The notes under the pieces are model-generated. The model was not told the origin of the DNA. It was given only the letters and a program-made list of their open reading frames with translations, and did no database searches. This document shows, piece by piece, positions 1 to 9,454 of a DNA stretch of 64,000 nt (the stretch's first letter is position 1; each line of letters opens with the position of its first letter). A program made the translations under genes and the position numbers. Source of the stretch: a bacterium (GTDB lineage Bacteria > JAAXHH01). The DNA lies in NCBI GenBank assembly GCA_965202605.1, contig OZ241838.1, forward strand, positions 905,431-969,430, written 5' to 3'.

Positions 1-364
1 GGTAGTGTTCGGCGATCGCTCGATCCGTTCGCCCGTAGAAGAAAGGCGGTACGCAGCAGATTGCCTCAACGCCGGCGCGGGCGGCATGTCCGGCAAGACG
101 GGCCGCCCTTTCCGTGGTTGCGGCGCCGACGTGCATGATGTTGTTTACGCGGCCCCGGGACTGGTCCGCCGCCGCCGAGGCAATCCGCATGTTCTCGTCG
201 TCGCTGAGCAGTATGCTCTCCCCCGTGCCCCCGGCGATCCAGAATCCATGGACGCCGGCCTCGATATTGAATTCCATGACCTTGCGGAACGCTTCCTCGT
301 GGAAACTACCGTCGCTGGTCATCGGGGTGATGATGGCAGGCAGAATACCTTCAAATGCGGACAT
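1..364 (-). CDS. DapA/NanA-family (dihydrodipicolinate synthase-like) lyase; 5' part only, runs off the window start
   Basis: Manual translation from the ATG at 364: MSAFEGILPAIITPM...GFWIAGGTGES...NIMHVGA...CCVPPFFY. These are the GxxGE and PPFY motifs of the DHDPS/NAL family. Not in the ORF track because it is truncated. Confidence 0.85.
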   Translation of the reverse strand, partial: MSAFEGILPAIITPMTSDGSFHEEAFRKVMEFNIEAGVHGFWIAGGTGESILLSDDENMRIASAAADQSRGRVNNIMHVGAATTERAARLAGHAARAGVEAICCVPPFFYGRTDRAIAEHY

Positions 365-666
365 GGAATTCGCTCCTTCCACGCTGGTCGACACGATAGT
401 TGGATCCGGCTGCTGCCAGGCGCCGGGCAGGGCGCGGCGGCCCATGAAAGGTATGTTGAAAGGGGAAAAACGGAAGGGCTAAATTTACCTGCCGGTTGGA
501 CAAATTGCTTGACATCATGCCGGTAAACCGTTGTTATGTAACGACCAATCCCATGTGAAGCAAGTCGTGCACACTGCTTCACACATTGAACTCCCGGCGC
601 GTTTGAATTGGCCGTGCCGGTCCGGATAACGGCCTCCTGTTACCTACAGATCGGAATTCGTGCCGA

Positions 667-2022
667 ATGACCACGCAGAATAGGCTGGTACGCGAATACG
701 ACAAGTTCCTCGACTGCGTGCACTGCGGCCTGTGCCTGCCGGCCTGCCCGACGTATTCGGAACTCGGCGTCGAAATGGATTCCCCCCGGGGCCGCATCCA
801 CCTGATGCGGGCGTACGCGGACGGGCGCATAGCACTCACGGACAACTTCGAGACGCATATCGACCAGTGCCTGAACTGCCGGGCGTGTGAAACGGCATGT
901 CCCGCGGGGGTCCATTACGGCAGCCTGGTCGAGGCGGCCCGCGCCGAGATCGTCGAGAAGCGTCCCCGGTCCGCGCCCGGCAGGGCCCTCAGATGGATCG
1001 TCTTTGAAAAGCTGTTGCCGTCGCGTTTCAAACTCTCCGTTTTTTTTATCCCCATGCGCATCTACCAGTCGACGGGACTGCAATGGCTCGTTCGCAGGCT
1101 GGGATTGACGAAACTGCTTCCGTCCCGTCTGCGCGACCTGGAATCCATGATGCCCGCCCTGCCCGATCCTTCATTGAAGGGCCGGCTGAAGCATTTCATG
1201 CCGGCCAGGGGGCCGGCTTCCTGCCGCGTGGGTATGGTAACGGGTTGCGTGATGAACGAAATGTTCACCCATGTAAACGTCGCCACGGCGCGGGTGTTGA
1301 ACGAAAACGGATGTGACGTCGTGATCCCCCGGCAGCAGACCTGCTGCGGTGCGCTTCAGGTACACGGCGGGGAACGCGGCACCGCGCAGGCGCTCGCCCG
1401 GAAGAACATCGATGCGTTCGAAGACGCGGAAGTGGACGCCGTCATCATAAACGCCGCGGGTTGCGGAGCCCAGTTGAAAGAATACGGCGACCTCCTGGCC
1501 GGCGACCCGGCGTACCGGGACCGTGCCCTTGCCTTCTCCGCCATGGTAAAGGACGTGCACGAGTTTCTTGCCGGGATACCGGTCAAAGAGGAGATGGGGA
1601 GGATCGAGGCAAGGGTGGCCTATCACGACGCCTGTCACCTCGCCCATGGACAGCGCATCCGCGAGCAGCCCCGTGACCTGTTGAGCCGGATCCCCGGCCT
1701 TGAACTCGTCGAGCTGGAGGAATCGGACTGGTGCTGCGGCAGTGCGGGCGTGTACAACGTCACCCATCCCGATATGGCGGACAGGTTGCTTGCCCGGAAA
1801 ATGGGTCACGTCAGGCAGGCGCGGCCCGACGTGGTGGCGACCGGAAACCCGGGCTGCATCCTGCAGATTCAACATGGGGTCCGCCGGGAGGGAAGGGAAA
1901 TCGAGGTCCTGCACCCCGTGGAACTGCTCGACCGCGCCTATCGCTTAAAGCGCGAAGAGGCCTGTCGCATCAAGCGCGAAGAAAAGGAAACCGGAATGAA
2001 AGAAGCATGCAAATCGACTTGA
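667..2022 (+). CDS. glcF: Glycolate oxidase iron-sulfur subunit (GlcF-like; two 4Fe-4S motifs plus two CCG domains)
   Basis: CVHCGLCLPACP, CLNCRACETACP, TCCGA, YHDACHLAHGQ and WCCGSAG motifs. Confidence 0.85.
   Translation: MTTQNRLVREYDKFLDCVHCGLCLPACPTYSELGVEMDSPRGRIHLMRAYADGRIALTDNFETHIDQCLNCRACETACPAGVHYGSLVEAARAEIVEKRPRSAPGRALRWIVFEKLLPSRFKLSVFFIPMRIYQSTGLQWLVRRLGLTKLLPSRLRDLESMMPALPDPSLKGRLKHFMPARGPASCRVGMVTGCVMNEMFTHVNVATARVLNENGCDVVIPRQQTCCGALQVHGGERGTAQALARKNIDAFEDAEVDAVIINAAGCGAQLKEYGDLLAGDPAYRDRALAFSAMVKDVHEFLAGIPVKEEMGRIEARVAYHDACHLAHGQRIREQPRDLLSRIPGLELVELEESDWCCGSAGVYNVTHPDMADRLLARKMGHVRQARPDVVATGNPGCILQIQHGVRREGREIEVLHPVELLDRAYRLKREEACRIKREEKETGMKEACKST
1936..1983 (+). repeat. 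Imperfect 24-bp tandem duplication at the glcF 3' end
   Basis: gcctatcgcttaaagcgcgaagag / gcctgtcgcatcaagcgcgaagaa, 20/24 identical; encodes AYRLKREE/ACRIKREE. Confidence 0.7.
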
Positions 2023-3503
2023 AAATCGGGCGTATCGGATCTGAAATCGATACCACCGTTATCATCGGGCTGTTCAAAGAGGATAAACCGGAGGAAGGCG
2101 ACGCCCCCGTCATGGAATCCGCTCTCCGCCGTTATCTGCGCGAGATACAGGCGATGGGGGATTTCAAGGGTGATGGCGGGGAGGTCGCGGTACTGTATCC
2201 GCGAGACCTGGCGCCTCCCGGCCGGGTCATCCTGGTCGGGCTCGGGAATCGGGATGCCTTCGACCTGGAATCGGCCCGGCGAGCTTCGGGTACCGCCGTC
2301 AAAAGAGCCCTGAAACTCGGCGTGACTGAACTCTCGACGGCCATACACGGGCTGGACGTTCAGGACCTTCTGCCCGAAAACTGCGCACAGGCGACTGTAG
2401 AAGGGCTGTTGCTGGGCGCTTATAGTTATGATGATTTCAAGACCGACGGGACTGGTGGATCCAGGCTCGAAAGCCTGACGGTTTTGATCCCGCGGCGCGC
2501 GCAGTCCCGTGACATCCGGAAGGGGATCGAAGCCGGCCGAATGGCCGCCGCGGGTACGAACCTGGCACGGGATCTGTCCAATGCGCCCGGCAACGCGCTG
2601 CCGCCGCGCAAGCTGGCCGCCTCCGCCCGGAGAATGGCCGCTCAAAACGGGTTGAAATGCCAGGTCCTGACCCGAAAGCACATCGAAAAAGAACGCATGG
2701 GCGCTTTGATCGCCGTCAACGCGGGCAGCGAGGAGCCCCCACGCTTCATCGTACTGGAATATGGCGAACCATCCGATGGGCGGGATACCCTCGTGTTCAT
2801 CGGGAAGGGAATTACCTTCGACAGCGGGGGCATATCCATCAAGCCGAGCGGCGGCATGGAGGAAATGAAACACGACATGTCGGGAGCGGCCGCCGTGATC
2901 GGCGCCATGCGCTCCATCGCCATGCTGAAACCGGACGTCCACGTGGTGGGGCTCATTCCGGCCACGGAAAACCTGCCGGACGGCAGGGCGCTGAAGCCCG
3001 GCGACGTCATTACGACCCTCTCGGGAAAGACGATCGAAGTCATCAACACCGACGCCGAAGGACGCCTCGTACTGGCCGACGCCCTGGGATTCGCGGAAAG
3101 ATACAATCCGGCGGCGGTGATCGATCTCGCCACGCTGACGGGGGCCTGCGTGGTCGCCCTCGGCCACGCCGCGTCCGGGATGATGGGAAACGACGAAACG
3201 TTGCAGGACCGGGTTCGCGCGGCCGGCGAAGTCGCGGGAGAACGGGTATGGCCGCTGCCGCTGTGGAAGGAATATCACGATCAGATCAAAAGCCATGTCG
3301 CCGACGTCAAGAATACCGGCGGCCGATGGGGAGGCGCCCTGACCGCCGGCGCCTTTCTTGAGAAGTTCGCCGGTCGTCCCTGGGTGCATCTCGACATCGC
3401 GGGTACGGCGTATACAGATACGGCCAGGCCCTATTGCCCCAGGGGGGCCACCGGGGTGGGGGTTCGTCTGCTCGTCCAGCTGGTAAAGGATTGGAAGTCC
3501 TGA
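2007..3503 (+). CDS. pepA: Leucyl aminopeptidase (peptidase M17)
   Basis: GKGITFDSGG, MKHDMSGAA, NTDAEGRLVLAD and HLDIAG motifs. Start placed at ATG 2007 (MQIDLK), overlapping the glcF end. Confidence 0.93.
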   Translation: MQIDLKIGRIGSEIDTTVIIGLFKEDKPEEGDAPVMESALRRYLREIQAMGDFKGDGGEVAVLYPRDLAPPGRVILVGLGNRDAFDLESARRASGTAVKRALKLGVTELSTAIHGLDVQDLLPENCAQATVEGLLLGAYSYDDFKTDGTGGSRLESLTVLIPRRAQSRDIRKGIEAGRMAAAGTNLARDLSNAPGNALPPRKLAASARRMAAQNGLKCQVLTRKHIEKERMGALIAVNAGSEEPPRFIVLEYGEPSDGRDTLVFIGKGITFDSGGISIKPSGGMEEMKHDMSGAAAVIGAMRSIAMLKPDVHVVGLIPATENLPDGRALKPGDVITTLSGKTIEVINTDAEGRLVLADALGFAERYNPAAVIDLATLTGACVVALGHAASGMMGNDETLQDRVRAAGEVAGERVWPLPLWKEYHDQIKSHVADVKNTGGRWGGALTAGAFLEKFAGRPWVHLDIAGTAYTDTARPYCPRGATGVGVRLLVQLVKDWKS

Positions 3504-3506
3504 ACC

Positions 3507-4274
3507 ATGCGCATCGTTCAGCTTTCCGATCCCCATATCGTGCCGGCGGACCGGCAGCCCGTACACGGCCAGGACACGCTGAGACGACTGCGTGCCGCCG
3601 TAGAGGCGGTAAACCGGTTGATCCCCGCCCCCGATCTCGTCGTCATGACGGGCGATCAGATCAACGACGGATCCGAAGATTCCTACCGGGCCTTAAAAGA
3701 TCTCCTTCCCTCCCTTCGTTTTCCCTGCCGAATGGCCATGGGAAACCACGATTACAGACCAGCCTTCCGCCGGGTCATGCTGGAAGAGTCCGGAGCGGAT
3801 TCGGCCCCGTACTACTACGCCCTGGACCGGGTCGGCCACCGGATTATCGTGCTCGATACCCAGGACGAAGGGGAGGTTGCGGGAAGGCTTGACGATGCGC
3901 AACTGAACTGGCTGGAACAGGAGCTGTATTCCGGCCTTCCTTCCGTCATCTGCATGCATCATCCCCCGGTACCCGTGGGCGTCGACTGGATGGATGAACT
4001 GATTCTCCAGGACAGCGGCCGGTTTCTCCGGATATGCGAAAACCGGCCTTCGTTACGGCTGATCCTGTGCGGTCACGTGCACTACGACTTTCACATGAAA
4101 CTGGGGCATGCGACTGTCCTGACCGCACCGAGTGTGGGCCTGCAGTTCCGGAAGGACCCCGTGACAAAGGCGGACGGCACCCGCGTCATAGCTACCGACG
4201 AGCCGGCCGCGTTCCGACTCGTCGATCTGGACGGACCGGACTGGACGACCTCGATACACCGACTCACCCTCTAA
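3507..4274 (+). CDS. Calcineurin-like metallophosphoesterase (Icc/CpdA-like phosphodiesterase)
   Basis: SDPH, TGD, GNHD, HHPP and GHVH motifs. Confidence 0.88.
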   Translation: MRIVQLSDPHIVPADRQPVHGQDTLRRLRAAVEAVNRLIPAPDLVVMTGDQINDGSEDSYRALKDLLPSLRFPCRMAMGNHDYRPAFRRVMLEESGADSAPYYYALDRVGHRIIVLDTQDEGEVAGRLDDAQLNWLEQELYSGLPSVICMHHPPVPVGVDWMDELILQDSGRFLRICENRPSLRLILCGHVHYDFHMKLGHATVLTAPSVGLQFRKDPVTKADGTRVIATDEPAAFRLVDLDGPDWTTSIHRLTL

Positions 4275-4297
4275 ACGCGCACTACCGGACCGAGTAC

Positions 4298-5974
4298 ATG
4301 CTGATCGATGATCTGAGGGAGATACAGGCGCGTCACGGCTATCTGCCCGATGAGGAACTGAAATCCCTGTCGGAACGCAAGGGCATTCCGCTTTACGAAG
4401 CCCACGGCGTGGCCAGTTTCTATCCTCATTTCAGGCTGGAACCTCCTCCTGAGGCCACGCTTCGAGTCTGTACCGATCTCTCCTGCCATCTCCACGGCGC
4501 CTGCGACGTGCTCGAGACCCTGCGGGAAACCGTGGACTATGCCGGGCTGGACCAGTGGGAGGTGAGCGGGACGTCATGCCTCGGACAGTGCGACGGCGCG
4601 CCGGCGGTGTCGATCAACGATGGCAGCTACCGGGGCATGTCGGTGGATCGGCTCGCCAGATTCGTCGCCCGTCTCGCAGACAATGGGAAGATCGGCCGCC
4701 AACCCTTCAGACGCCGGACCAACCCGGGGCTCATCGATCCCTATGATCATCCCCTGGCCGCCGAGTCCCTGAAACAGTGGGTTTCCGGCGGTGATGCGGT
4801 CCGGCTCGTGCAGACCATCAGGGATAGTGGCCTGCGCGGCATGGGCGGAGCCGGATTCCCGGCCGGCGTCAAGTGGGATCTGGTCAGAAAAACGGAATCC
4901 GAGGTCAAGTTCGCGATCTGCAACGCGGATGAGAGCGAACCCGGCACGTTCAAGGATCGCGAAATCCTGTACCACTACCCCCATCTCGTCATCGAGGGGG
5001 TGACCCTGGGCGGACTCGCCGTCGGCGCGAACCAGGGATACCTGTTCCTCCGGCACGAGTACGACCGGGAACGGGAAGTGCTCGAGAAGACCATCAGGGC
5101 GTTCTACTCGTCAGGATACCTGGGCGACGGCATTTTGAATTCGGAACGATCGTTTCACCTGGAGATCTTCGACAGTCCCGGCGGATACATCTGCGGCGAG
5201 GAAACGGCCCTGCTCGAAGCAATGGAAGGGAAACGGGCCGAACCCAGGAACAAGCCGCCCTTTCCGGGCACGCACGGTCTGCATGGCAGGCCCACGCTCA
5301 TCAACAACGTCGAAACTTTCGCCTGGGTGCCCGCCATTCTGCAGCGTGGCGCCGACTGGTTCCGGACCGAGGGAACAAACGGCGCTTCGGGACGCAAGTA
5401 CATTGCCCTCAGCGGTCATGTCGAAAGACCGGGGGTCTATGAAATCGCGCTCGGGACGCGGGTATGCGATCTCATCCGCGACTACGGCGGAGGCGTCAGC
5501 GGGGGCCGTAAGCTGAAAGCCTTCGCGCCGGGCGGAACTTCATCGGGTTTCCTTCCCGCGTCCATGGCGGAGATCCCCCTTGATTTCAAACCGCTTGCAG
5601 ATGCCGGATCCATGCTGGGATCCGGTGCGGTCATCGTCGTAGCCGAGGGCACCGGTATGGTGGACCTGGCCCAGAACGCGGTAACCTTTTTCCGCAACGA
5701 ATCCTGCGGCAAGTGCGTGCCCTGCCGGACGGGTACGGAGCACCTGGTGCATATGCTTGACGCCGTGCTCGAAGGAAACGGCCGGTCCGGTACGCTGGAA
5801 CCCGTGACGGACATTGCCGAAGCCATGGAACTCACCTCCATCTGCGGCCTCGGCCAGGCGGCGGCGCTGCCGCTTACCTCCGCGCTCAGGTATTTCCCGG
5901 ACGAATTCGAGCCCCCCCGCCGGCATGCCGCGACCCGCCGGGGGGAGGAAGCCGGAGGCGGTTCGGATGAGTAG
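4298..5974 (+). CDS. NAD-linked formate dehydrogenase beta (diaphorase) subunit; NuoE-NuoF fusion
   Basis: N-terminal 2Fe-2S NuoE module (CTDLSC, CLGQCDGAP) followed by NuoF motifs GLRGMGGAGFP, NADESEPGTFKDR, YICGEETAL and CGKCVPCR...ICGLG. Start at ATG 4298. Confidence 0.88.
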   Translation: MLIDDLREIQARHGYLPDEELKSLSERKGIPLYEAHGVASFYPHFRLEPPPEATLRVCTDLSCHLHGACDVLETLRETVDYAGLDQWEVSGTSCLGQCDGAPAVSINDGSYRGMSVDRLARFVARLADNGKIGRQPFRRRTNPGLIDPYDHPLAAESLKQWVSGGDAVRLVQTIRDSGLRGMGGAGFPAGVKWDLVRKTESEVKFAICNADESEPGTFKDREILYHYPHLVIEGVTLGGLAVGANQGYLFLRHEYDREREVLEKTIRAFYSSGYLGDGILNSERSFHLEIFDSPGGYICGEETALLEAMEGKRAEPRNKPPFPGTHGLHGRPTLINNVETFAWVPAILQRGADWFRTEGTNGASGRKYIALSGHVERPGVYEIALGTRVCDLIRDYGGGVSGGRKLKAFAPGGTSSGFLPASMAEIPLDFKPLADAGSMLGSGAVIVVAEGTGMVDLAQNAVTFFRNESCGKCVPCRTGTEHLVHMLDAVLEGNGRSGTLEPVTDIAEAMELTSICGLGQAAALPLTSALRYFPDEFEPPRRHAATRRGEEAGGGSDE

Positions 5975-8798
5975 CGGGGAAGTAACGCTGACGATCGACG
6001 GCAGCAGAGTTGCCGCGCCGGAAGGAACCACGATATGGGAGGCTGCCCGGTCGGCGGGTATCGACATTCCCACCCTGTGCCACGATCCCAAACTGCAGCC
6101 GGTCGCCGTCTGCCGCGTGTGCGCGGTCGACGTCGAAAACTCCCGCGTCCTGCCCGCGGCCTGCATCCGCCAGGTTGAAGACGGCATGGTGGTGCGCACG
6201 GACACGGAACGGGTGCGTCGCGCGCGCCGCACCCTGGTGGAACTGCTCCAGGCCCGACAACCTCCTGAGGACAAACGGCGCAAACCGCCGACGCAGGACG
6301 AACTGGCGCTACTGGGCGGACTGCTGCAATCGGAACCTGGACGGTACGCGTCAACCTGTTCGAACCCGGCGGTGGAGCGGGACCTGTCCTCGCCCGTCAT
6401 CGCGGTGGACCACGACGCCTGCATCCTGTGCGACAGATGCATCCGCGCCTGCGACGACGTCCAGGTAAACGACGTAATCGGCCGCGCCGGCAAGGGGTGC
6501 GATACCCGCATCGCCTTCGATAACGACCTGCCCATGGGGCAATCCTCCTGCGTCGCCTGCGGCGAGTGCGTGGCCGCGTGCCCTACCGGCGCGCTGACGG
6601 ACCTCCCCATGGTGGACACGGGCCATGGGACCGCTGCAACCGCATCAGGGAAAGTCGATTCGGTGTGCCCCTACTGCGGCGTGGGTTGCGGTATCACGTA
6701 CCATGTACAGGACAACAGTATCCTAAAAGTGACGGGGCGGGAAGACACCCATACCGAGGGCCGGCTTTGCGTCAAGGGCAGATACGGCTACGACTATACC
6801 CACCATCCGCAAAGGCTGCTGAAACCGCTAATCAGAAGGGAAGAAGCCTATCCGAAGCGGCCGCTCTCGGCGGACTTCCAGGATTACCGGGAGTTCAGGC
6901 GCTCGCTGAGGTCGCCGGAATGGAACGACCGCATACGGGAAGTGTTCCGTGAGGCCGAATGGGACGAGGCGCTGGACCTGGCGGCCCGCCGGTTGCTGGA
7001 AATCAAGCACACGAAAGGACCTGGCGCGCTGGCCGGCTTCGGGTCGGCCAAAGTCACCAATGAGGAAGCCTACCTGTTTCAGAAGCTGATCCGCGTCGTC
7101 TTCGGTACCAATAACGTCGACCACTGCACGCGCCTCTGCCACGCGTCCTCCGTGGCGGCCCTCACCGAGGCCATCGGGAGCGGGGCGGTCTCAAACGCCT
7201 TTCAGGAGGTCCTCGAAACCGACGTCATCTTCGTAATCGGGTCCAATACGGAAGACAATCATCCCGTGGCCGCTTCTTATATGAAACAGGCCGTAGACCG
7301 CGGCGCCAGGATGATTGTCCTCGATCCCCGGCGGCCGACCATCGCCGACCACGCCACCCGGTACGTACGGTTCAAGCCGGGTACCGACATAGCGTTGCTC
7401 AACGGAATGATGCACGTGATTCTGCGCGAAGGGCTGCAGAACGATGGCTTCATCGCACAGAGGACGGAAGGCTTCGACGCGCTCGAACCGGCCCTGCGGC
7501 CCTATACGCCCGAAACAGCTTCGAAGATCACCGGCGTCCCCGCTTCGGTGATCGAAGAAATCGCCGTCGAATACGGCCGCGCACGGAGCGCGATGATCTT
7601 CTGGGGCATGGGGATCAGCCAGCATGTCAACGGCACGGACAATGCCCGGGCGCTGATCTCCCTTTGCCTCATGACCGGCAACATCGGACGTCCGGGCACG
7701 GGCCTGCACCCGCTGCGGGGTCAGAACAACGTCCAGGGCGCATCCGACGTGGGGCTGATTCCGCGATTCTATCCGGGTTACCAGCCAGCGGACGATCCGG
7801 ACGTGCGGAAGCACTTCGAAAAGGCCTGGGGCGCCCCGCTCGACCCGCAATCAGGTCTGACGGTCGTGGAAATCATGCACGGCGCCCTCGACGGCGGCAT
7901 CGAGGGCATGTTCATGATGGGCGAGAACCCCTTCCTTTCGGACCCGAACATGAACAAGGTCCGGAAGGCCCTTCAGAAACTGTCATTCCTTGTCGTACAG
8001 GACATCTTCCTGACGGAGACCGCCGAGTTCGCGGACGTGATCCTGCCTGCTTCCACCGCGGCGGAGAAGCGGGGCACCTACGTCAATACGAACCGCATGG
8101 TGCAGATCGGAAGAAAGGCGCTCGATCCTCCCGGCGAAGCCCGCCTGGACGGAGATATCCTGGTGGATCTGGCCAACCGGATGATCCGCATGGAGCAGGG
8201 AGGGCACGGTACGTGCTGGGACTACGACGGGCCGGAAGCGGTATGGGAGGAAATCATCTCGCTGACGCCGATCTTCAAGGGGATCACCTACGAAGCGATG
8301 GAAAGGGAAACCGTGGTCTGGCCCCTGGGAGAGCCGGTACTGTTCACCGACTCGTTTCCCCTCGGTAGAGGCGGGTTCACGCCCGTATCCTTCGCGCCGC
8401 CCGATGAGCTGCCGGACGAGGCGTATCCCTTTGTCCTGAACACCGGCCGGGTACTGCAGCACTGGCACACGGGCACCATGACGCGCCGCGCCCGGGCCCT
8501 CGACACCATTTCCCCGGAGCCCTTCGCGGAGCTGACGCCCCGGGACCTGGCACGCCTGGGCGTCGAAGACGGAGACCTGGTGGTCGTCACCTCCCGCCGC
8601 GGCGCCATCACGCTTAAATCGAAGTCCTCCACCCGCGTGTCCGACGGCAACGTCTTCATACCCTTCCACTTCAAGGAAGCCGCCGCCAACGTCCTGACCA
8701 ACGACGCCCTCGACCCCGACGGAAAGATCCCTGAATTCAAGTACTGCGCGGTGGCGGTGGAAAGCGCGGTATCAAGCGGGCAGGGACTGCCTTTCTGA
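5967..8798 (+). CDS. fdhF: Formate dehydrogenase alpha subunit (Mo/W-bisPGD, Cys-ligated)
   Basis: IPTLC...CRVC 2Fe-2S, CILCDRC/CVACGEC 4Fe-4S, CPYCGVGC, VDHCTRLCHASS, PLRGQNNVQG and KIPEFKYCAV. Start at ATG 5967. Confidence 0.92.
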   Translation: MSSGEVTLTIDGSRVAAPEGTTIWEAARSAGIDIPTLCHDPKLQPVAVCRVCAVDVENSRVLPAACIRQVEDGMVVRTDTERVRRARRTLVELLQARQPPEDKRRKPPTQDELALLGGLLQSEPGRYASTCSNPAVERDLSSPVIAVDHDACILCDRCIRACDDVQVNDVIGRAGKGCDTRIAFDNDLPMGQSSCVACGECVAACPTGALTDLPMVDTGHGTAATASGKVDSVCPYCGVGCGITYHVQDNSILKVTGREDTHTEGRLCVKGRYGYDYTHHPQRLLKPLIRREEAYPKRPLSADFQDYREFRRSLRSPEWNDRIREVFREAEWDEALDLAARRLLEIKHTKGPGALAGFGSAKVTNEEAYLFQKLIRVVFGTNNVDHCTRLCHASSVAALTEAIGSGAVSNAFQEVLETDVIFVIGSNTEDNHPVAASYMKQAVDRGARMIVLDPRRPTIADHATRYVRFKPGTDIALLNGMMHVILREGLQNDGFIAQRTEGFDALEPALRPYTPETASKITGVPASVIEEIAVEYGRARSAMIFWGMGISQHVNGTDNARALISLCLMTGNIGRPGTGLHPLRGQNNVQGASDVGLIPRFYPGYQPADDPDVRKHFEKAWGAPLDPQSGLTVVEIMHGALDGGIEGMFMMGENPFLSDPNMNKVRKALQKLSFLVVQDIFLTETAEFADVILPASTAAEKRGTYVNTNRMVQIGRKALDPPGEARLDGDILVDLANRMIRMEQGGHGTCWDYDGPEAVWEEIISLTPIFKGITYEAMERETVVWPLGEPVLFTDSFPLGRGGFTPVSFAPPDELPDEAYPFVLNTGRVLQHWHTGTMTRRARALDTISPEPFAELTPRDLARLGVEDGDLVVVTSRRGAITLKSKSSTRVSDGNVFIPFHFKEAAANVLTNDALDPDGKIPEFKYCAVAVESAVSSGQGLPF

Positions 8799-8885
8799 AG
8801 CATGTGACGCCACCGGCCATAGTCCGGTTGCATACTTCCCTCCAAACCCCTTTTCTGCCTGGCGCCAGACCTTCAGCAGCGTCTT

Positions 8886-8912
8886 TGAAACTCTTACGTC
8901 CAGGTATTCGTA
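8886..8912 (+). promoter_or_regulatory. Putative ECF (SigW-type) autoregulatory promoter TGAAAC-N17-CGTA
   Basis: TGAAAC at 8886-8891 and CGTA at 8909-8912, ending 8 nt before the sigma ATG. Resembles the Bacillus SigW consensus TGAAAC...CGTA. Confidence 0.55.
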
Positions 8913-8920
8913 GTAGTGGT

Positions 8921-9454
8921 ATGAACTCGACCGAAGGCAGCCAGCGCACGCCGGATCAGGATTTCGACAAGACCCACCGAACGCATTACCGGCGGATTCT
9001 CGCACTCTGTCGATATCTTCTGAAATCTGTCGATGATGCCGAGGACGCGACCCAGGAAGTCTTCTTCCGCGCATACCAGAAGCGTTCGACCGTCGACCGT
9101 TCGAAGTCGTACCTGAACTGGCTTTTGAAAATAGCCACCAATCATTGTCTTGACCAGTTACGTCGCCGGAGCAGCGAGGCCAGGATCTATGAGTCCATCG
9201 ATCCCGACCGGATAGGCCCTTCCCGGGTATCCGAGGATACGCTCGATTTTCTGGTCCGCGCAGAAAAGGGCGAACGGGTGCGGTCCGCGATACAGTTGCT
9301 CTCAGACAAATACCGCGTACCGCTCGTACTGGCCTACTATAACGAGTTCACCTACGAAGAAATCGGCGAAGCGCTCGAACTGAACAGGAATACGGTAGCG
9401 ACGCTGATTTTACGCGCCAAGCAACGATTGCGAGAGGAGCTGAAGGGACTATGA
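8921..9454 (+). CDS. ECF RNA polymerase sigma factor (SigW-like)
   Basis: Region 2 DAEDATQEVF...WLLKIATNHCLDQLRR and region 4 YEEIGEALELNRNTVATLILRAKQRL. Start placed at ATG 8921. Confidence 0.9.
   Translation: MNSTEGSQRTPDQDFDKTHRTHYRRILALCRYLLKSVDDAEDATQEVFFRAYQKRSTVDRSKSYLNWLLKIATNHCLDQLRRRSSEARIYESIDPDRIGPSRVSEDTLDFLVRAEKGERVRSAIQLLSDKYRVPLVLAYYNEFTYEEIGEALELNRNTVATLILRAKQRLREELKGL

Noticed and set aside
494-510. Sigma-54 promoter (tggacaaattgc) upstream of glcF
   Set aside because: The GG-N10-GC spacing is not met.
1731-2006. Long N-terminal extensions given by the ORF track (pepA, FDH subunits, sigma, acyltransferase, gcvT, isochorismatase, UxuA-like)
   Set aside because: They overlap upstream genes or promoters and lack family similarity; downstream starts that fit the family N-terminus, often with an RBS, were chosen.
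7121-7145. Selenocysteine in the FDH active site
   Set aside because: The codon is TGC (Cys) and the frame has no in-frame TGA.
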